A program made the translations under genes and the position numbers. Under the pieces are notes generated by a model, which saw only the letters and a program-made list of their open reading frames with translations, was not told the origin of the DNA and did not search any database. A stretch of DNA of 64,000 nucleotides from Curvularia clavata. Lineage: Eukaryota. Position 1 is the stretch's first letter; the number at the start of each line of letters is the position of its first letter. The DNA is taken from contig CP089274.1 in the NCBI GenBank assembly GCA_023920165.1, forward strand, positions 682,001 through 746,000. The letters run 5' to 3'. Shown here piece after piece: positions 59,061 through 64,000 of this stretch.

Positions 59061-60125
59061 ATGGTCAACACATCGCTGAAACGGAGACGGACCGAGGAGC
59101 AGTTGAGAGGAAAGGTTCCGAAAAAGGAAAAGAGAAAGGTCAAGAAGCAGAAGCACTACCACAGTTCATCCGACGAAGAAGAAGGCGCCGCGCGCGACGC
59201 TCCAGCACGAGGAAGCAGCCAAGAGCCAGATGAGCCATTCCAGCCCTCGGGAGCCAATGCGACCCTTCCAGGGAAACCGGAGCTGTCCAAGCAGCAGCTG
59301 AGGAAACAAGCAAAATTCGAGGCGAAGAAGGCAGCGCAACAAGCCGCTGCTGCAGAGGAATCTTCTGCTAGCGACGATGAGGACGACGACGTGGATGCGG
59401 CGCCGTCGAAGAAGCCAGAGCCCAAGTTCAAGGCCAGCATACCATCAAAAGCACCCGTAAAGTCCGCGCTGAAGAAGACGGCCCCGGTTGACCACGAAGC
59501 TCCATTGCCAAGCGACGCCGAAGACGATGACGAAGACGACTCTGAGCCTGAAGCCGACGAGTTTTCCATTGCCGACTCCGAATCAGACGCTTCTGATGCC
59601 TCTTCCGTTTCCGAGACCTCTACCGCGGCTGCGCGCAAGGTCCGCAAGCGCAACGATCCTGAAGCATTCGCCAACTCTATCTCCAGAATCCTGGGCTCAA
59701 AGCTTTCGACATCAAAACGTACCGAACCCATCTTGTCCCGCTCCAAAGACGCCGAAACAGCAAACCGCGAGCTTGCCGACTCGAAACTTACAGAGAAGGT
59801 ACGCCGGCAACTCGTTGCAGAGCGCAAGGCTGCGCGAGACAAGGGTCGCATCAGGGACGTCCTGGGCCTGAATGACCCAAACACAAGCACGGAGGCTACA
59901 TCGACAAAAGAGAAGGAGCTTAAGCGAACAGCGCAAAAGGGTGTCATCAAGTTGTTCAATGCAGTGAGAGCGGCTCAGGTCAAGGGTGAACAGGCTGAGA
60001 GAGAGAGCAAGGCCAGCATGGTAGTTGGTATGGACAAGAGGGAGGAGAAGGTCAAGGAGATGAGCAAACAGGGTTTCCTTGACATGCTCACTGGAGGTCA
60101 AAACAAGAAGATTGAGGAAGCATAA
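59061..60125 (+). CDS. RRP15: Ribosome biogenesis protein Rrp15
   Basis: Charged disordered N-terminus, then [51 protein letters not shown]. Confidence 0.9.
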   Translation: MVNTSLKRRRTEEQLRGKVPKKEKRKVKKQKHYHSSSDEEEGAARDAPARGSSQEPDEPFQPSGANATLPGKPELSKQQLRKQAKFEAKKAAQQAAAAEESSASDDEDDDVDAAPSKKPEPKFKASIPSKAPVKSALKKTAPVDHEAPLPSDAEDDDEDDSEPEADEFSIADSESDASDASSVSETSTAAARKVRKRNDPEAFANSISRILGSKLSTSKRTEPILSRSKDAETANRELADSKLTEKVRRQLVAERKAARDKGRIRDVLGLNDPNTSTEATSTKEKELKRTAQKGVIKLFNAVRAAQVKGEQAERESKASMVVGMDKREEKVKEMSKQGFLDMLTGGQNKKIEEA

Positions 60126-60379
60126 AATTAGACAAGGGTGCGATGATTTGTTCATGATACCATATATTATACAAGCCTTTTCGAGTTGCCCTCTACGCCA
60201 GTCCATATGCAAGCGGAGTGTTAGTATAATACATGTGTCGTATAGAATGCAGGGTATTTGTGAAACCTCAACAACTATGTACCCGACATCATCTCCCATA
60301 GATGTTTCCCATCCTTGATGTCCTAGAGCTCACTCGGCGCCTCGATCAGATGCATCTGGACTCTGCATACCGCGAGTCC

Positions 60380-61050
60380 TTATTTGCTCTCGAAATCGCT
60401 AGCCTGCAAGTTCCTGGTCATGCTTGGTAGCCGTACTACCAGCCCATCCAGCTCCTTGCTCATCTTAACCTGACACCCCAGCCTGCTAGTCTCAGTAAGG
60501 CCAAACGCCAAGTCCAACATATCGTTCTCGTCGTCATCTGGTTCTTCCATCTTGTCATAGTAGGCCTCGTCTTCTACAATGACGTGGCATGTCGAGCAGG
60601 CACATGAGCCTCCGCACGCACCCTCCATTTCGATATCGTTGGCTTGTGCAATGTCGAGGAGATTGTCGCCGTCTGCGACTTCAAAGGTATGAGAATGGCC
60701 GTCTTTATCTATGAAAGTGATTTTGCGCCTGCTGTTGTTAGCGGCTTGGTTTAGAGGCAGGGGTAGGTAGTGAGAGCGCACTCTTCCCCGGGTCTCGGAG
60801 GGTCAAGATGACCATGGCGGGGTGCATGGCTGGCGGAAAATTGTCGGCAGTTTTGCACCCACGAGGGATTTGTTTCTGTGAGGATATTGGATCGCCGCAG
60901 CAGAGACGTGGCCGTCTTCTGTGTGTGCACCAGTCTGTGGCATCTTGCTGTCGCCCAATGGCTGGATAATCTCTGTGGAGTCGACAACGCGCCTCTCGCG
61001 CCAGCTATCCGCCCCTCCAACAGTATGGAACAAGCTCTATTCGCAGCCAT
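60380..61050 (-). CDS. YAH1: Mitochondrial adrenodoxin-type [2Fe-2S] ferredoxin
   Basis: Presequence exon 61050-60782; intron 60781-60729. EGACGGSCACSTCH...DMLDLAFGLTETSRLGCQ. Confidence 0.96.
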
Positions 61051-61317
61051 ATCGGACTTCTGTAATCGCTGAGTTGAGGAGTTGTTGATGATCAAGGGAC
61101 GAGTGCGCCGAGGAGCAATGCTTGCTGGAAACCAGAAACAGGAAGCCGTCGACAATTCCGAATGCTGTGAGACGTCGAGGAAATGTTCGCCGCACAGACC
61201 GCCTCACATCCTTGTCGATCTGGGAAGCGCATTGCATGCACTACGAGTTGTCAGAAAACAAGCCCCGATAAAGATCACCACTCTGACACTCTTTTGCACA
61301 GTGCTGTCTGAGGAACC

Positions 61318-62958
61318 ATGGCGACCTCGCGCGATGCTCCTAACCCTCTGAGACCATACTACATACCGCCATCTATCGGCCCGCCCCCAGAAGTCCCGCA
61401 AAACCAGACCGTCTCGTCGTTGCCGCCCGCTTTCAAATCCACAAACAGCAGTAAATCAAGTTTGGGCAGTCAGGCACGCGATATCCTCTCTGATCTTGAC
61501 TATGACGCGTACTTCCCCGAGACTTCGCCCACAATAGCTGGTCACGCAAAGAAACTGCTCGACCATGCATTGTGGAATTACACCAGTGTGCTGCTCGCCC
61601 AGCCATTCGAGGTTGCAAAGACAATATTGCAAATCCACGAAGCCAAGGGTCAGCTGTCTTCCTTGAAGGATGGTGGTGAATGGGGTCACAAGAGTCGCCC
61701 AGGAAGCTTTGCCAGCGGGAAGTTCGAGGATGTATGTATTCTGTGAAGGGCGACCGGTTTGGCATGTGAATGTGGGCTAATGGCTGTGCAGTTCCCACCT
61801 TCAGACGAAGAGTCAGACGAGGACTCACCGGGATACTTCACAACAACAGCACCACGTGGGAACCCACGTTCACCCTACTCGCCTAACGATTCGCCGTCGA
61901 GGTCCCCGCGAAGGCGTCAAAGACGTCTCGACAGTCGATCTCCTTCACGGACACCTACACAACCCTCGTCATCGTCGGTTCGCAAACTAGAACTGAAGCG
62001 GGCAGACTCTCTGCTCGAAGTAATAGGCCAGCTATGGCAGAAAGAGTCGGCTTGGGGAGTGTGGAAGGGCACAAACTGCACCTTCATCTACAATTTCCTC
62101 CTCAAGACCACCGAGGGTTGGTTTAGAAGCCTCATCTCAGCCCTGCTGAACATACCAGACCCCGGGCTTGTGGGCGCCGCAGGAAGCGGTATTGGAGGTC
62201 TCGATGTACTCGACAGTCCAAATCCGTTGACATCCCTTGGTGTTGCGGTAGCTGCAACAGCCATTGCGGCCACTCTCCTAGCCCCGCTTGATTTGGTGCG
62301 AACACGCCTGATCATAACGCCCATCTCTTCCTCCCCACGGTCCATTTACCCGTGCCTCTCCCTCCTTCCCTCTCTCTCCGTCTCTCCTACCCTCCTCCCA
62401 GCAACCATAATGCACGCCTGCGTGCCTACCCTCGTCTCCTCGTCTACCCCTCTATTCCTCCGCTCAACATTGAGCATCGACCCCATTCTCACTCCCGCCA
62501 CCTACTCCTTCAGCACTTTTCTCTCTTCCACCGCTGAACTCTTTATCCGTCTCCCTCTTGAGACGGTCCTTCGCCGCGGCCAAGTTGCTGTCCTGCAAGA
62601 CTACGAAACACAGCGCATGGCAGCAGAATACCAGAACCCACCCAGTCGCTCCAAGAGCCCAGCTTATGGACTGGATAGGGTAAACAATGATACTGGATTC
62701 AAGACTGTTGTGGACCCTGGCCAGTACAGGGGTGTGCTGGGTACCATGTGGTTCATTGTCCGCGAGGAAGGCATCACAGTCGAAAACCCCAACCCCGCAA
62801 AAGCGGCAAGCGCAAAAGCAATGGGCTTCTCAAGGCCCCCACGTACCAGGAAGGGTCAGGGCGTACATGGCCTGTGGAGGGGGTGGAGAGTTGGAGTTTG
62901 GGGACTGGTGGGCATCTGGGGTGCCGCTGCCTTGGGCGGAGGAGGTGGCGAGTTCTAA
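61318..62958 (+). CDS. UGO1: Mitochondrial outer-membrane fusion protein Ugo1 (carrier-like)
   Basis: N-terminal NPLRPYYIPP; carrier signatures QPFEVAKTILQ, APLDLVRTRL, LPLETVLRR; GLWRGWRVG. Intron 61732-61791. Confidence 0.9.
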
Positions 62959-64000
62959 GACCACGGCGACCGTGTCGTCTCTGTACTCGACTTGTTCGAT
63001 TTACACGTGGTTTTCATGAATGCTTTCATTGTTGTTATTATGATCAGCGTATGCGTATGCTAGATACACCACTCTTAGCTGGCGTTGTCAAAAATTTACT
63101 ATATGATTCTGATATTAGCGTCTGTTCTGTCTCAAGATCTATGCACGATACATCTCAGACTGTTGGACTATTTACCCGAGGATATACCCCGTCTGTTATC
63201 AGCAAAACAAAACTTAAGATCCTCGGTTAAAAGTGCACGCCGTGCCTTTGTTCCGATTCAAGGGTCCGCGATCCTTTCTCCATGCTGACGACTGTTTACG
63301 TTTAGCGCCTTGGCGTAGATCATGACGCTGTCACTGGCTCTGTACATCTGCTGCTCCACACCATCCAGACGACAGCTTGTCGTACCATTCTTGCCTTTTT
63401 GCTTTTAATTTGCTTCTTCACTAGGGCCTTCTCAAAGTCCAATCCATGCAATTATCCCTTGATCTCCATCTATTGGCTTGAGATACGCACGCGACTTCTG
63501 TTGCAACATCATCAGCCTGCAGTCTCATGGGGATATGACCGCATATAGTTCTGGTTTGCGAGCTACCTTGTCATCTCAACCGGATCCCTGCTATCTTACT
63601 GGGTTCTCCTTGACTGTGTGGGAGCGATTAGACTGAGCCTGAGGCAATGATGGGGGGATAAGCCTTAAGTTTTATGGTGCCTGCGTTAGCTGGACAAAAT
63701 GTCCTAATGATTGTTGCTACGCACTTTTGGCATTCGATCTTGTCGGATCAGAATGAAGCATGCTATCCAGCGATGATCCCCCATTGGGTCATCGCACTAA
63801 CGGGCGGGAATATGGTCATCCGAGCATTGGGCCGAGACGCCTCCCGCCTCTCAAGGACCTATCTCGGTGCACACAGTAGGCGGTGAGCTTGCCGCATCTA
63901 GGCAGTCGTGTAGCGGCTGTGCCTGCGAAAAGAGAGCCATCACGATGATTCGACGCGCATAACGGAAACCCGCGGCTAGTCCGCGACCGTGCACAAGTCG

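Noticed and set aside
58818..59143. Long N-terminal extension in the track's 666-aa SRP54 ORF
   Set aside because: Artefact of reading through the first intron. The conserved MVLQDLG start is at 58817 in another frame.
62959..64000. Short ORFs at the window end
   Set aside because: No coding signature; treated as intergenic.

Overview
This is eukaryotic, intron-containing DNA from a filamentous ascomycete. Short GT-AG introns with CTAAC/CTGAC branch sites and the protein style suggest Pezizomycotina, probably a Dothideomycete (inference). I can support 25 protein-coding genes, with exon boundaries read by hand. Most are conserved housekeeping genes: F-box protein, NRP1-like RNA-binding protein, GT71 mannosyltransferase, condensin Cnd3/Ycg1, cysteine synthase, CAF-1 subunit Cac1, Spo11, Gid7/WDR26, GH1 glucosidase, NAP/SET chaperone, asparaginase, NmrA, Img1, FMO, Srp54, Rrp15, Yah1 and Ugo1. 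A gene-poor, more AT-rich interval at about 47.1-53.8 kb holds a 4-exon small secreted protein that the ORF track misses, an intronless HXXXD acyltransferase and a degenerate tRNA-like element. The strongest leads are: (1) an uncharacterised Pol X/Pol beta-like nucleotidyltransferase at 38.6-39.8 kb; (2) the hidden secreted GDGGFxNW protein; (3) a candidate cryptic intron that gives NmrA a peroxisomal -ARL C-terminus; (4) a candidate CUG-initiated 110-aa N-terminal extension of Gid7; (5) a ~155-nt intergenic hairpin at 29.7-29.9 kb; (6) a membrane-anchored aspartic protease homologue lacking both catalytic motifs. All identifications come from motif recognition by eye; no searches were run. 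I saw no CRISPR array, rRNA or intact transposon.
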